From an uncultured Actinomycetota bacterium (GTDB lineage: Bacteria > Actinomycetota > Actinomycetes > Propionibacteriales > Nocardioidaceae), in assembly GCA_963761205.1 (NCBI GenBank), contig CAVXFX010000007.1:64726-128725 (forward strand): DNA of 64,000 nt, written 5' to 3'. Position numbers and translations under genes: made by a program. Of this stretch, positions 19,916 to 29,743 are shown piece by piece. Within the stretch, counting starts at the first letter, position 1. Every line of letters begins with the position of its first letter. The notes beneath the pieces were generated by a model, which searched no databases, was not told where the DNA came from, and saw only the letters and a list, made by a program, of their open reading frames with translations.

Positions 19916-20424
19916 CTCAACTCCGCCCTGAGATCACGGCGCGCGAAGAAGTTCATCGCAATGAACGACAGCACCGTCACGTCGTCCTGGTTCAGTCCCT
20001 GGACTGCAGTGTGCACCAGTCCGCGGTCGGGGCGCGAGCGCGAGGGGCGGGCCGAGGTGACGCTGACGCGGATGTGCAGCCGGTCACCAGGTCGCATCGG
20101 CGCCGGCCACCGCAGCTCGTCGATCCCCGGCGAGGCCAGGCTCGCGACCGCGGACACGTAGTGGTCGACATAGAGCCGCATGCACAGGGCGATGGTCTGC
20201 GCGCCGCTCGCGATCAGCCCACCGAAGGGACCGGTGCGCGCCCAGTCGGGATCGGTGTGGATCCGCTGCCGGTCGTACTGCCGGGCGAACGCGACGATGC
20301 TGTCCTCGGTCAGCGGCAGGTGGCCGAACTCGTAGACCAACCCCGGCTGGTAGTCCTCGAAGTAGCGGTCGCCCACCGGGGCGGGCAGGTCGGTGTCGGT
20401 GAGCAGCCTGGTTGATGGGGTCAT
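19912..20424 (-). CDS. MaoC-like (R)-hydratase/dehydratase
   Basis: 170 aa from ATG 20424. 'FARQYDRQRIHTDPDWARTGPFGGLIASGAQT'. It overlaps the lutA start by 4 nt. Confidence 0.85.
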   Translation of the reverse strand: MTPSTRLLTDTDLPAPVGDRYFEDYQPGLVYEFGHLPLTEDSIVAFARQYDRQRIHTDPDWARTGPFGGLIASGAQTIALCMRLYVDHYVSAVASLASPGIDELRWPAPMRPGDRLHIRVSVTSARPSRSRPDRGLVHTAVQGLNQDDVTVLSFIAMNFFARRDLRAELS

Positions 20425-20569
20425 CACAGCACTTTCCCACTCGCCGTCACTTCCCAGCCTCGGCTCCCGCATTTTCGTCCGACGGCTGGCCCGGAGCTCG
20501 GTTTCCGGAAACGGGATGAATCGGGAAGCGCGCGGCTTAGCATTGCCCGAGTCGGTCACGGAGGTGGGG

Positions 20570-21748
20570 ATGCGCGCAGGGTGGGCCACCCGGAGGTCGC
20601 GCGCCGTGAGTCGGGAGATGTCCAGGACGGAACGAGCGCTGGCCGAGAGCAACGAGCGGTACCGCTCCCTGTTCGAGTACAACCCCCATGCGGCCTTCTC
20701 GCTGGATCTCGAGGGCCGTTTCACCGCCGCCAACGTGATCGCCGAGGACGTCAGCGGCTACACCGCCTCCGAGCTCGCGGAGCTTAACTTCAGCCAGCTC
20801 ATCTGCACCGACCACCTGCCCCGGGCGCACGCCGCCTTCGCCGCTGCGGTCAACCGAGAGCCGCAGAAGCTCGAGGCCAACATGTGGCACCGGGACGGTC
20901 ACGTGATGGAGCTGAGCCTGACGGTGGTGCCGGTCGTCGTGTACGACGAGGTGGTCGGCGTGCACGGCATCGCCGAGAACGTCACCGAGCGCAACATGAT
21001 GCGCCGCGAGCTCGAGCGCAACCGCCAGCTGGCGCAGGAGGCGAATGCCGCCAAGTCGATCTTCCTGGCCAACATGAGCCATGAGGTGCGGACCCCGCTG
21101 ACCAGCGTCCTGGGGGCGGCGGAGCTGCTCGTCGAGGGTGGGCTGACCCCGGGCCAGGACCGGCTGGTCGAGATCGTCCACCGTGCCGGCCAGCGGCTGC
21201 TGCGCCTGGTCAACGACATCCTGGACATCTCCCGGATCGAGGCCGGCAAGGTCGACGTACACCGCGAGCCGATCGACCTGCGGGCACTCCTCGCCGAGAC
21301 CGCTGAGTGGGCCACGCCGATGGCTCGCAAGGCGGGCGTGGACTTCAGCTGCACCCTGGAGCCGGGACTCCCGGCGACGATCCTGGGAGACGCGTTGCGC
21401 ATCTCCCAGGTGCTGACCAACCTGTTGGGCAACGCGCTGAAGTTCACCGAGCACGGCTCGGTCCGCCTGGTCGTCGGGCCGACCCGCGCGGGCCAGGAGC
21501 CGCCCGGGGTGCGTTTTGTCGTGGAGGACACCGGCATCGGCATCCGCCCGGCCGACCTCGAGACCTTGTTCGCTTCGTTCACCCAGGTCGACCCGTCCGC
21601 CACGCGCAAGCACGGCGGCGCCGGCCTCGGTCTGGCGATCTCGCGCGAGCTCGTGACGATGATGGACGGGACGATCGGTGCCTCCAGCGTTCTGGGCGAG
21701 GGCAGCACGTTCACGGTGACCCTTCCGGTCACCGACCGCGTCGCCTGA
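20570..21748 (+). CDS. cytosolic PAS-domain sensor histidine kinase (no adjacent response regulator)
   Basis: ATG after GGAGGTGGGG. PAS region, then H-box 'MSHEVRTPLTSV', N-box 'NLLGNALKFT' and G-boxes 'DTGIGI' and 'GGAGLGLAIS'. Confidence 0.85.
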   Translation: MRAGWATRRSRAVSREMSRTERALAESNERYRSLFEYNPHAAFSLDLEGRFTAANVIAEDVSGYTASELAELNFSQLICTDHLPRAHAAFAAAVNREPQKLEANMWHRDGHVMELSLTVVPVVVYDEVVGVHGIAENVTERNMMRRELERNRQLAQEANAAKSIFLANMSHEVRTPLTSVLGAAELLVEGGLTPGQDRLVEIVHRAGQRLLRLVNDILDISRIEAGKVDVHREPIDLRALLAETAEWATPMARKAGVDFSCTLEPGLPATILGDALRISQVLTNLLGNALKFTEHGSVRLVVGPTRAGQEPPGVRFVVEDTGIGIRPADLETLFASFTQVDPSATRKHGGAGLGLAISRELVTMMDGTIGASSVLGEGSTFTVTLPVTDRVA

Positions 21749-21775
21749 CCCGCGCGACGCAGTTCACGCGTGCCG

Positions 21776-23908
21776 CTACTGGGACTCGGCCAACGCATCG
21801 GTCAGCAGGGACACCAGCGCCTCGAGCTGTACGTCGACCGAGGACGACACGTCCTCGCCCGCACCGTCGAGCGCCCGGGCGGCCAGCCCGGCCTTGCTGT
21901 CGATGAGCTCGGCGATCCGGGTGTCGATGGTCTGCGCGGCGATGATGCGCCAGGCCGTGACGGGCTCGTCCTGACCGATGCGGTGGATGCGGTCGATGGC
22001 CTGCGTCTGCTCCGCGTCCGTCCACGAGAGCTCGGCCAGCACCATGTTGGAGGCGACCTGCAGGTTGATGCCCACACCGGCCGCCGTCAAGGAGCACACG
22101 ACGATCGAGACCTCGGGGTCGTTCACGAACGCCTCGATGTTCTTCTTGCGCGCCGAGGGGGTCTGGTCCCCGCGGATCGAGGAGTAGCGGATCCCGCGCT
22201 TGGCGAACGTCGCCTCGGCGACGTCCATGACGTCGACGTGCTTGGCGAAGAACACCACCTTGCCCACGTTGCGGGCGAGCTGGGCTGCGTAGTCGGCGGA
22301 CAGGCCGGCCTTCGCCTGACCGATCCGACGCATCATGCTGAAGACGTTCTCGCCGGTCTTGGTGCTGGTGTCCTCACGCTCCCACGTCGCCACCCGCCGG
22401 ACGAGCTCGTGGTCGATGCCGTCGACGACCGGGCCGGACCTGCGCGTCGCGAGGGCACTCTCGTAACGTCCCACGAGGCGACGGGCGAGATCGCGCTCCG
22501 CCTCGCGGATCGATCGTCCGGCCTCGTCGTCGAGCTCGACGGGCAGGTCGGCGATCCGTCGGGCAGGGATGTCGGCGGCGACGTCGACCTTGCGGCGACG
22601 GACGATGCCGAGGTCGATGACGGCGCTGCGGGCCGCGGGGTAGAACCCAGGGTCGAGCGGGGTGGTGCCGGACTCCTCGAGGGCGTCCATCAGCTCGCCG
22701 AGCGGCGCCTTCGCGTCGATCCAGCCGAGGAACTGCCAGATGGTCAGGAAGTCCTCGATGTCGTTGATCAGGGGGGTGCCGGTGAGGGCCATCAGCAGGG
22801 GGCGGCCGGCGCGGGCGCGGATCCGCTCGGAGAGCTGGAGCGCATGCTGGGAGCGCTGTGACGACTTGTTCTTGATGAAGTGCGCCTCGTCGACCACCAT
22901 GCCGCGGAACCCGAAGTCGCCGAGCCAGCCCACGTGTCGGTCCAGCACCTCGTAGTTCACGATGACGATGTCGGCGAAACCGTCGATCGTGTGGCCGTCG
23001 CCGTGGATCACGGTGGCCGGGCGGTTGGGGGTCCAGAGTCCTGCCTCGTGGGCCCAGTTGGTCTTGACGACGTTGGGCACGACTACGAGCAGCGGGAAGG
23101 CCTTTGCCGCCTGGGCTGCCAGGAGTGCCTGGGCCGTCTTGCCGAGACCCGGCTCGTCTGCGAGCAGGAAGGTCCGGTGTCCGGCGGCGACCGCGGCGAC
23201 CACCTGGGCCTGGTGCGGCATCAGCTGCAACTGGCCGGGCGCCTGGAGCGACGCCGGCTCGGGCAGCGGCATGCAGGCCGACGCGCCGCTCCCGGCGTAC
23301 TCGAACGACCTCAGCAGCGGCCCGAGCAGCTCCCAGCCGGACAGCCGTCGGGCCCGGGGCTTGTTCTGCTCGGCGGAGGCGAAGTCGGGCGTCAGGAACG
23401 GGTTGGCGAGCTGCCGCGAGACCACCGACTGGGGCACCACCCGACGTTCGGTGGCGGCGACGGTGTCACCGGGCTCCTTGGGCGGCAGCTCGACCGGACC
23501 CGCATCCACGCCGCCGGCCTTCAGCAGGTCACGCTTGAGCGCCCTGGCGGCGTCCGAGACGACCGTGTCCTCCGCCAGCAGCTGCAGCAGCGAGGTGTCG
23601 CGCGCCGCGGTCTGCGCGAGGATCGTCGCGACCCCGTCGAGTCGCTTGAGCTGGCCGGCCCGCTGGGCGTCGCCGAGGGTCTCGTCCGCCTTCACTCGGG
23701 CCCGCTCCTCGCGCACCAGGAGGGCGACGACCTGGAACTTGGTCCGGATCGAGGCCATCACAGATCCGCGCTGCACCGCAGCCTCGACCTCACGCACCAC
23801 GCGGGCGAGCACCGGGATGATGCCGTCGTTGTCGAGCTCGCGCACCCGCCGCTGCTGGCGGGGGGCGGACCGGCGAGCGCCCGATTGGCGCGTGCCACGT
23901 CGAGCCAC
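21776..23908 (-). CDS. SNF2-family helicase
   Basis: GTG 23908 after GAGGAGGAG. Motifs 'LADEPGLGKTAQAL', 'VVDEAHFIKN', 'LTGTPLINDIEDF' and 'AAGVGINLQ...QAIDRIHRIGQ'. Confidence 0.9.
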   Translation of the reverse strand: MARRGTRQSGARRSAPRQQRRVRELDNDGIIPVLARVVREVEAAVQRGSVMASIRTKFQVVALLVREERARVKADETLGDAQRAGQLKRLDGVATILAQTAARDTSLLQLLAEDTVVSDAARALKRDLLKAGGVDAGPVELPPKEPGDTVAATERRVVPQSVVSRQLANPFLTPDFASAEQNKPRARRLSGWELLGPLLRSFEYAGSGASACMPLPEPASLQAPGQLQLMPHQAQVVAAVAAGHRTFLLADEPGLGKTAQALLAAQAAKAFPLLVVVPNVVKTNWAHEAGLWTPNRPATVIHGDGHTIDGFADIVIVNYEVLDRHVGWLGDFGFRGMVVDEAHFIKNKSSQRSQHALQLSERIRARAGRPLLMALTGTPLINDIEDFLTIWQFLGWIDAKAPLGELMDALEESGTTPLDPGFYPAARSAVIDLGIVRRRKVDVAADIPARRIADLPVELDDEAGRSIREAERDLARRLVGRYESALATRRSGPVVDGIDHELVRRVATWEREDTSTKTGENVFSMMRRIGQAKAGLSADYAAQLARNVGKVVFFAKHVDVMDVAEATFAKRGIRYSSIRGDQTPSARKKNIEAFVNDPEVSIVVCSLTAAGVGINLQVASNMVLAELSWTDAEQTQAIDRIHRIGQDEPVTAWRIIAAQTIDTRIAELIDSKAGLAARALDGAGEDVSSSVDVQLEALVSLLTDALAESQ

Positions 23909-24272
23909 GGACTCCTCCTCTGGAGTACCCGGCTGCTCGCCGCGGCGGACGTGTCGAGGTCCGAACGCGGTCCGCCGCCGGAGGCGATGGGACGTCGAGC
24001 TGGGAGGGCCCGGATGGCCGCCCCTGAGGCGTTGCGATCCCACGGTGCGACAGATCGACGCGTGGGGCCCCGAACGGGGCCACGGTGTGGAACCTGCGAC
24101 CACCTTTCGGCGGCCGCGTCACCGACGGTCGGACTGGCGTCGTGGATCGAAGGGCGCCAGGGTCGAGCGAAGGTGCTGACACCCATAGTACCGCCAGTCG
24201 GCGTACGCCGTGGGCAACACCCGGATCACGGGCAGTCGGGCGGCGGGTTCCCCACGGGCGGCGCCGGCAGAC

Positions 24273-24665
24273 TCAGTCGACACCCGGCAGGCGTCCCGCG
24301 TCGAGCGGCGTCGAGTGCCGGCGCCAGATCTGCCAGCCGTCGGCGCCACGCCTCCAGACGTCGCTCAGGACGAAGGTGCCCGACCTGTCCGAACCGAGGA
24401 CCGTGGCGACCATCCGGACCCGGTGGAGGACCGCTGCGCAATCGCCGTTCACGTCGACCGACTGCTCCTCGGTGTCCCACTCGTCGACCAGATAGTCCGG
24501 CAGCAGCGCGAGCCATTGCGCGCGAGGCATGACGGCAGGTACAGGCTGGACGAGCACCAATGCGTAGTCCGGATGCAGGACCTGTTCTGCCAGCGCCAGG
24601 TCTCGCTGCAGCACGACCCGGTCGAACCTCGCCATCGCCGCGACCAGGTCTCTGTCCGCCACCAT
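24273..24665 (-). CDS. NTF2-like (DUF4440/SnoaL-like) protein
   Basis: 130 aa. The size and 'GTFVLSDVWRRGADGWQIWRRH' fit the NTF2 superfamily. Confidence 0.65.
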   Translation of the reverse strand: MVADRDLVAAMARFDRVVLQRDLALAEQVLHPDYALVLVQPVPAVMPRAQWLALLPDYLVDEWDTEEQSVDVNGDCAAVLHRVRMVATVLGSDRSGTFVLSDVWRRGADGWQIWRRHSTPLDAGRLPGVD

Positions 24666-24715
24666 CGGGCCACCCTAGACCGACGAAGAAGGATCAGCGC
24701 TCGATCGTGAGGGGG

Positions 24716-25543
24716 ATGCTGGAAGCCAGCCGACCGTTCACCGGGTTCCCGGGTCAGGACACACCGCGAACACAGAGGAGACTCATACCCGTGCCAGCAC
24801 CGACCACCCCCGACGTCGAGTTCCCCGGCCAAGAGCCGCCCGCACCCCCGACCGCGCGACGGGCTGCCGGGCTGCACAGTGCTGACGGAACGGGACTGCT
24901 GTGGACCGGGGTGGTCGTGGTCGCCTGGGTAGCCCTCGCGACGTGGCAGCCCACGACGACGTGGCACCTGGCCCCGGCCTTCCTCGCCGCCGCGTGGCCA
25001 TGGGTGGTCGGACAGGACCTCGCGCCGGGTGACACCTCCGCGCGGCGCCGCATCCTGGTGGCCGTGGGCGGTGGCCTGGTGACCGCCTCGGGCACCGCCT
25101 TCGCGCTCGCCGGAGCCGGGCTGCTCGAGGGCCCGACGTTCACCGGGCCCGGCAGCGTCGTGGCCGAAGCCCTCGCGCTGGCCACCGCTGGGGCCGTGAT
25201 CGCCGCCATCGTGGGGCTGCTCCGCGCCCGTCCGGCACCGGCCGCGGCGACGGCCAGAGTCGGGAGCACGACCATCGCGACCTCGGAGCAGGTGGTGGTC
25301 GTCGAGGGCAACGCCTACTTCCCCGTCGACGCAGTCCGCGAGGGCGTCCTGCAACCCAGCCGGACCAAGACCGTCTGCCCGTGGAAGGGCATCGCGACCT
25401 ACTACGACGTGCACGTCGACGACCACGTCCTTCGCAACGCCGCCTGGACCTATCGGCACCCGATTCCACTGGCCCGGAGGATCCGGGGGCGGGTGGCGTT
25501 CTGGCACAGCGTCGAGGTCAGCCGGCCCGGCGAGCGCCCATGA
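24716..25543 (+). CDS. membrane N-domain fused to a DUF427 domain
   Basis: C-terminal 'VVVVEGNAYFPVDAV...CPWKGIATYYDVHVDDHVLRNAAWTYRHP' matches DUF427. About 4 hydrophobic helices lie upstream. The start is uncertain (ATG 24716 or GTG 24791). Confidence 0.7.
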   Translation: MLEASRPFTGFPGQDTPRTQRRLIPVPAPTTPDVEFPGQEPPAPPTARRAAGLHSADGTGLLWTGVVVVAWVALATWQPTTTWHLAPAFLAAAWPWVVGQDLAPGDTSARRRILVAVGGGLVTASGTAFALAGAGLLEGPTFTGPGSVVAEALALATAGAVIAAIVGLLRARPAPAAATARVGSTTIATSEQVVVVEGNAYFPVDAVREGVLQPSRTKTVCPWKGIATYYDVHVDDHVLRNAAWTYRHPIPLARRIRGRVAFWHSVEVSRPGERP

Positions 25544-26511
25544 TCGCCGCCCTCGCGACGGGCGCGGTGGCTGGGATCGCCCTGGGGTACGTCCTGCAGC
25601 GTGGGCAGCTCTGCTTCCACTCGGCGATCGGCAACTCGCTCGACCGCCGCTTCCTGCTGGCCCGCGGCTGGGCGCTCGGGGTGGCCCTCGCCTCGGTCGG
25701 CCTCGCCGTACTCTTCCTGCTGCCGGGCACCGACGGCCTGAACCGGGGACTCGCCTTCCGGCCCGTGGCGAACATCGTCGGCGGACTGGTGATCGGCGCG
25801 GGCATGGTCGTCGCGAGGTCCTGCGTCTCCGGCCTGTTCTACAAGCTCGGCTCCGGCATGCTCGGGGCGCTGGTCGGACTCTCGGGCTGGGTGCTGGGTG
25901 AGCTCGTCGCACGCGAGATCGCGCTGCCCGGGCCGACCCTCCTCCGTGGTGGGGAGTCCGCGACCCTCCCGGGGGTTCTCGGCGTGCCCAGGCTGCTGGT
26001 CGCCGTGGTGGTCCTCGCGGCCGTGGGGGTCTGGCTGTGGCGCCGGCCGGGCCGCGACCGGCCCCGGAAGAAGTGGCAGTGGGGTTGGCTGCCCCTCGGC
26101 GTCGGCCTCGGCGTCGTCATCACCGCCGGCTGGGCCCTGGCCGCGCTCGGAGGCTCGGGCTTCGGGCCCAGCACGGTCGGGGCGAGCGCTTCGGTCGCGG
26201 CGGGGTCCCCCAACTACTGGTTGGTCGCCTTCCTGCTCGGCATCGTCGCCGGCGGCACCCTCGCCGCCCGCACGGCAGGGGGCTTCCGGGTGCGCGGCGA
26301 GGCGCCGGTCCGCTACCTCCAGCTCGCCGCCGGGGGCCTGCTCCTCGGTGCAGGCGGCTGGATCGCTGGCGGCTGCAACGTGGGCCACGGACTCTCCGGT
26401 GTCGCCCAGCTCAACGTGTCCTCCGCGGTCGTGGTCGCCGCGATGGTGGCCGGGGTGGCACTGGCGCGGCGAGTGCGCCCCCGCTCGCGGGTGGACGCTG
26501 TCCTCTCCTGA
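25540..26511 (+). CDS. YeeE/YedE family sulfur-compound transport membrane protein
   Basis: ATGA overlap with the upstream gene. The 'RGQLCFHSA' and 'GGCNVGHGLSG' half-domain Cys motifs are present. Confidence 0.85.
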   Translation: MIAALATGAVAGIALGYVLQRGQLCFHSAIGNSLDRRFLLARGWALGVALASVGLAVLFLLPGTDGLNRGLAFRPVANIVGGLVIGAGMVVARSCVSGLFYKLGSGMLGALVGLSGWVLGELVAREIALPGPTLLRGGESATLPGVLGVPRLLVAVVVLAAVGVWLWRRPGRDRPRKKWQWGWLPLGVGLGVVITAGWALAALGGSGFGPSTVGASASVAAGSPNYWLVAFLLGIVAGGTLAARTAGGFRVRGEAPVRYLQLAAGGLLLGAGGWIAGGCNVGHGLSGVAQLNVSSAVVVAAMVAGVALARRVRPRSRVDAVLS

Positions 26512-26598
26512 CCCCGGCGCGGTGCCCTCCGCAAACTTCGGGTGCTCGCGCGGCTGAAAGGCCGGGCGGCCTGCCGGACAGATGTCATCGTGGAGACC

Positions 26599-27180
26599 AT
26601 GCAGGATGAGCGACGGGCCCGGTTCGAGGCCGTCATCGGCGAGGTCGGCGAGCCGCTGCGCCGCTACCTCGTCCGACGCGCGGACCCGGAGACGGTCCAG
26701 GACGCCCTTGCGGAGGCCTTCTTGGTGATCTGGCGGCGCCTCGACGACGTACCCACGGGAGCCGTCCTGCCGTGGTGCTACTCGGTGGCCCGCAACTGCC
26801 TGGCCAACGAGCAACGCTCCGCGCGGCGGCAACGCAGCCTGGTCGCCCGAGTTGCCCGGCTGTCACCATCCCCGGGGCAGTACACGACGCCGGACCCCCC
26901 GGACCCGGAGCTGCACGAGGCACTGGCTCGGCTCGGGAAGCAGGACCGCGACCTGCTCACGCTGTGGGCGTGGGAGGACCTGCGCCCGGCCGAGATCGCG
27001 ATCGTGCTCGACATCACCGCCAACGCCGTCAACATCAGGCTGCACCGGGCGCGACGACGGCTGGGGGACCTGTTGTCCACGGGTGGACCGGAAAGCCCTG
27101 GGGCCGAGCCGGACACAGACGGGTCAAGAACAGGAGGGGACCATGACCGACGATCTGGAACGTCGCCTACGGCGGGCTGA
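26599..27180 (+). CDS. ECF (sigma-70 family) RNA polymerase sigma factor
   Basis: ATG after GGAGACC. Region 2 'DALAEAFLVIWRRL' and region 4 'RPAEIAIVLDITANAVNIRLHRARRRL'. Confidence 0.85.
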   Translation: MQDERRARFEAVIGEVGEPLRRYLVRRADPETVQDALAEAFLVIWRRLDDVPTGAVLPWCYSVARNCLANEQRSARRQRSLVARVARLSPSPGQYTTPDPPDPELHEALARLGKQDRDLLTLWAWEDLRPAEIAIVLDITANAVNIRLHRARRRLGDLLSTGGPESPGAEPDTDGSRTGGDHDRRSGTSPTAG

Positions 27181-27757
27181 CCCGGCGGGCACCGTGCCCG
27201 GACGGGGGTCAGCCACCCCTTCGATCCGCGAACTGATGGAGGCTGCCATGCAGGACACCACGAACACGACCACCACACCGACCCCTACGAACCGACGCAC
27301 CCCCCGGTGGCTGCCGGCCGCTGTCGCGGCCGCCGTCCTCGTCGTCGGAGGCGCGAGTGCCGCCGTGGTGCTGACCAACCGCGACGCACCCCCCGCGTCG
27401 GCTCCCAAGCCGTCGCTCACCTTGGAGTTGCCCGACTCGACCACGAGCAGCTCCTGCATGCAGTTCTCCGTCGACATCCTGGCCGACATGCCCACGGCGT
27501 TCTCGGGGACCGCCGTCGAGACCGACGACCGGAGCGTCGTACTCGAGGTGGACCGGTGGTACCGCGGCGGTGACGCCGGCTACGTCGAGCTGATCAACAA
27601 CGTGGGCCCGATGACCTCGATCGACGGCATCGAGTTCACCCGCGGGCACCGCTACCTGGTGACCGCGAGCGAGGCGCGGACGGTGAACTCGTGCGGCTAC
27701 ACCGCGGAGTGGAGCGAGCAGATGGCGGCGGACTTCGAGACCGCGTTCGGCGGTTGA
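27143..27757 (+). CDS. putative single-pass anti-sigma/membrane protein
   Basis: ATG after CAGGAGGGGA, overlapping the sigma gene by 38 nt. One TM ('WLPAAVAAAVLVVGGASAAVVL') and an extracytoplasmic domain. Confidence 0.55.
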   Translation: MTDDLERRLRRADPAGTVPGRGSATPSIRELMEAAMQDTTNTTTTPTPTNRRTPRWLPAAVAAAVLVVGGASAAVVLTNRDAPPASAPKPSLTLELPDSTTSSSCMQFSVDILADMPTAFSGTAVETDDRSVVLEVDRWYRGGDAGYVELINNVGPMTSIDGIEFTRGHRYLVTASEARTVNSCGYTAEWSEQMAADFETAFGG

Positions 27758-27813
27758 GTGGGGCGTAGCCTCGCCTGTCAGCACGCAGATCCTCCACAGG
27801 CGGGAGCCCCACC

Positions 27814-28236
27814 ATGAGCGAGACCCCCACGTCAGGCCGGGTGCTGCAGATGCGGCTCGTGGTCGAGGCGAGCGACTACGACGAGGCGCTGCACTTCTAC
27901 CGTGACGTGCTGGGGGCGACCCAGGAGCTGCAGGTCCACGGCGAGGACGGCGAGAAGGTCACGATCCTCGACGTCGGACGCGCCACCCTCGAGCTCTCCA
28001 ACCCCGCCCAGGTCGACATGATCGACCGCCTCGAGGTGGGCCGCCGGGTCAGCCCGCACCTGCGCATCGCCTTCGAGGTCGCCGACGTCGAAGGGGTGAC
28101 CGCCGAGCTCGTGGACGCGGGTGCCGAGCTCGTGGCTCCGGCGACGCGCACCCCCTGGGACTCGGTGAACTCTCGGCTCGGTGGACCCTCTGACCTTCAG
28201 CTCACGCTCTTCCAGGAGCTCGCCGACCGGGAGTGA
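27814..28236 (+). CDS. VOC/glyoxalase family protein
   Basis: 140 aa. 'ALHFYRDVLG' and a paired beta-alpha-beta-beta-beta pattern. Confidence 0.75.
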   Translation: MSETPTSGRVLQMRLVVEASDYDEALHFYRDVLGATQELQVHGEDGEKVTILDVGRATLELSNPAQVDMIDRLEVGRRVSPHLRIAFEVADVEGVTAELVDAGAELVAPATRTPWDSVNSRLGGPSDLQLTLFQELADRE

Positions 28237-28330
28237 GTGCCGGCGTGACGAGCCGCCCGGGGGCGGGGGATGCCGCGCGCCGCGCCTACGATGAGCCCGG
28301 CAGCAGGACGCCTCGGACCGAAGGGCACCC

Positions 28331-29743
28331 GTGATCGCAGGACGGTACTCACTCGACCGTGAGATCGGTCGCGGCGGCACGGGCGCGGTCTGGCTCGGCC
28401 GCGACGAGGTGCTCGGGCGGCAGGTGGCCCTCAAGCGCATCGGCCTGCTGCCCGGAGCCGACAGCACCGACCTCGCCAGGGCCGAGCGCGAGGCGCGGCT
28501 GAGCGCACGGCTCAACCACCCGCACGTGGTCGCGGTCTTCGACGTCGCCGACGACGCCGAGTCGCAGGCCCGCTGGCTGGTGATGCAGTACGTCGATGGC
28601 AGCACGCTCAGCGAGCTCGTCCGGGACGAGGGCAGGCTCTCTCCCGACGACGCGGCGGTGTTGCTGTGGCAGGCAGCCGACGCGCTCGTCGCGGCCCATG
28701 CGGCCGGCATCGTGCATCGCGACGTGAAGCCGTCGAACATCCTGGTCGACCGGAACCGCCAGGTGATGCTCACCGACTTCGGCATCGCCCGGGTCACCCT
28801 GGACCCCTCGTTGACGCAGACCGGCCTGGTCACCGGATCACCGGCCTACCTGGCCCCCGAGGTGGCAACGGGCGGTCGTGGCCACGAGGCCGCCGACGTG
28901 TGGTCGTTGGGGGTCACCCTGTTCCATGTGTTGGCCGGCCGGCCGCCGTACGAGATCGGCGACAACGTGCTGGGGGCGATGTACCGCATCGTGAACGAGG
29001 AGCCGCCGCGGCTGGACGACGCCGGCTGGCTGACGCCACTGCTCGAGGGCACGATGGTCCGGGACCCGGAGCAGCGATGGTCGATGGAGCAGGTCCGCGA
29101 CTTCCTTGCGGCCCCGCCCCAGCAGGCTGTCCCAACGGACATCGTCGAGCCGACGCCCCTCGAGGAGGCCGACGAGGCCGATGGCACCCGCGTGCTGGCG
29201 CCCGTCACGCAGCCGTCGGCGCCGTTCGTCCTCGCGCCCCCGACGGCGGACTCGCCCGAGCCCCGACGACCACCTGCCAGGAGGCTGTTAATCGGACTCG
29301 GGGTCGTCGTCGCGCTCGTCCTCCTCGTCGCCGTGGTCACGTCCCTGTCGGGACGCGATCCTTCCTCGGGCCCGTCGGCGAGCCCCGGCAACAGGTTCGA
29401 CCTCGTCGGCCGCCTCGAAGCCGACCAAGGCGGGGATGGAGTCCTTCATCCGCGACTACGTGTCCGCCGTCTCCGCGGACCCGACACCTCGTGGACGATG
29501 CTGACCCCGAAGTTCCAGCGTGAGAGCGGCGGCCTGGACACCTATCGCAGGTTCTGGGGCGGTGTCACCAACGGACGCGTGCTGAGCATCTCCGCCGACC
29601 CCGCCAACCTCACCGTCAGCTACCAGGTCCGCTTCGACAACTTCAACAACGGGCCTGGCCCGACCGTGCTGGACCTGAAGTTCGAGGATGGGAAGTACCT
29701 CATCGACGGGGAGCGCACCCAGGGGTTCAAGCCTGCGGGGTGA
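28331..29743 (+). CDS. Ser/Thr protein kinase with a TM helix and an extracellular C-terminal domain
   Basis: GTG start. 'GRGGTGAVW', 'VALK', 'HRDVKPSNIL', 'DFGIA' and 'SPAYLAPE', then the TM 'LLIGLGVVVALVLLVAVV'. See the finding on an internal frame excursion. Confidence 0.9.
   Translation: MIAGRYSLDREIGRGGTGAVWLGRDEVLGRQVALKRIGLLPGADSTDLARAEREARLSARLNHPHVVAVFDVADDAESQARWLVMQYVDGSTLSELVRDEGRLSPDDAAVLLWQAADALVAAHAAGIVHRDVKPSNILVDRNRQVMLTDFGIARVTLDPSLTQTGLVTGSPAYLAPEVATGGRGHEAADVWSLGVTLFHVLAGRPPYEIGDNVLGAMYRIVNEEPPRLDDAGWLTPLLEGTMVRDPEQRWSMEQVRDFLAAPPQQAVPTDIVEPTPLEEADEADGTRVLAPVTQPSAPFVLAPPTADSPEPRRPPARRLLIGLGVVVALVLLVAVVTSLSGRDPSSGPSASPGNRFDLVGRLEADQGGDGVLHPRLRVRRLRGPDTSWTMLTPKFQRESGGLDTYRRFWGGVTNGRVLSISADPANLTVSYQVRFDNFNNGPGPTVLDLKFEDGKYLIDGERTQGFKPAG

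Noticed and set aside
20502-20511. Perfect palindrome TTTCCGGAAA in the MaoC-lut / histidine kinase divergent spacer.
   Set aside because: It is short, and I can assign no cognate regulator. It may be a chance occurrence or an operator. It is noted but not called.
21776-24272. SNF2 helicase, with a 364-nt upstream non-coding region, as part of a phage-defence system (DISARM/BREX/Zorya-like).
   Set aside because: No methyltransferase, nuclease, PLD, DUF1998 or other partner genes are adjacent. The neighbours are an orphan histidine kinase and an NTF2-like gene. I could not identify a structured element in the long leader by eye.
26542-26598. Longer N-terminus for the first ECF sigma factor.
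   Set aside because: ATG 26599 has a GGAGACC SD, and the 19 extra residues are not sigma-like.
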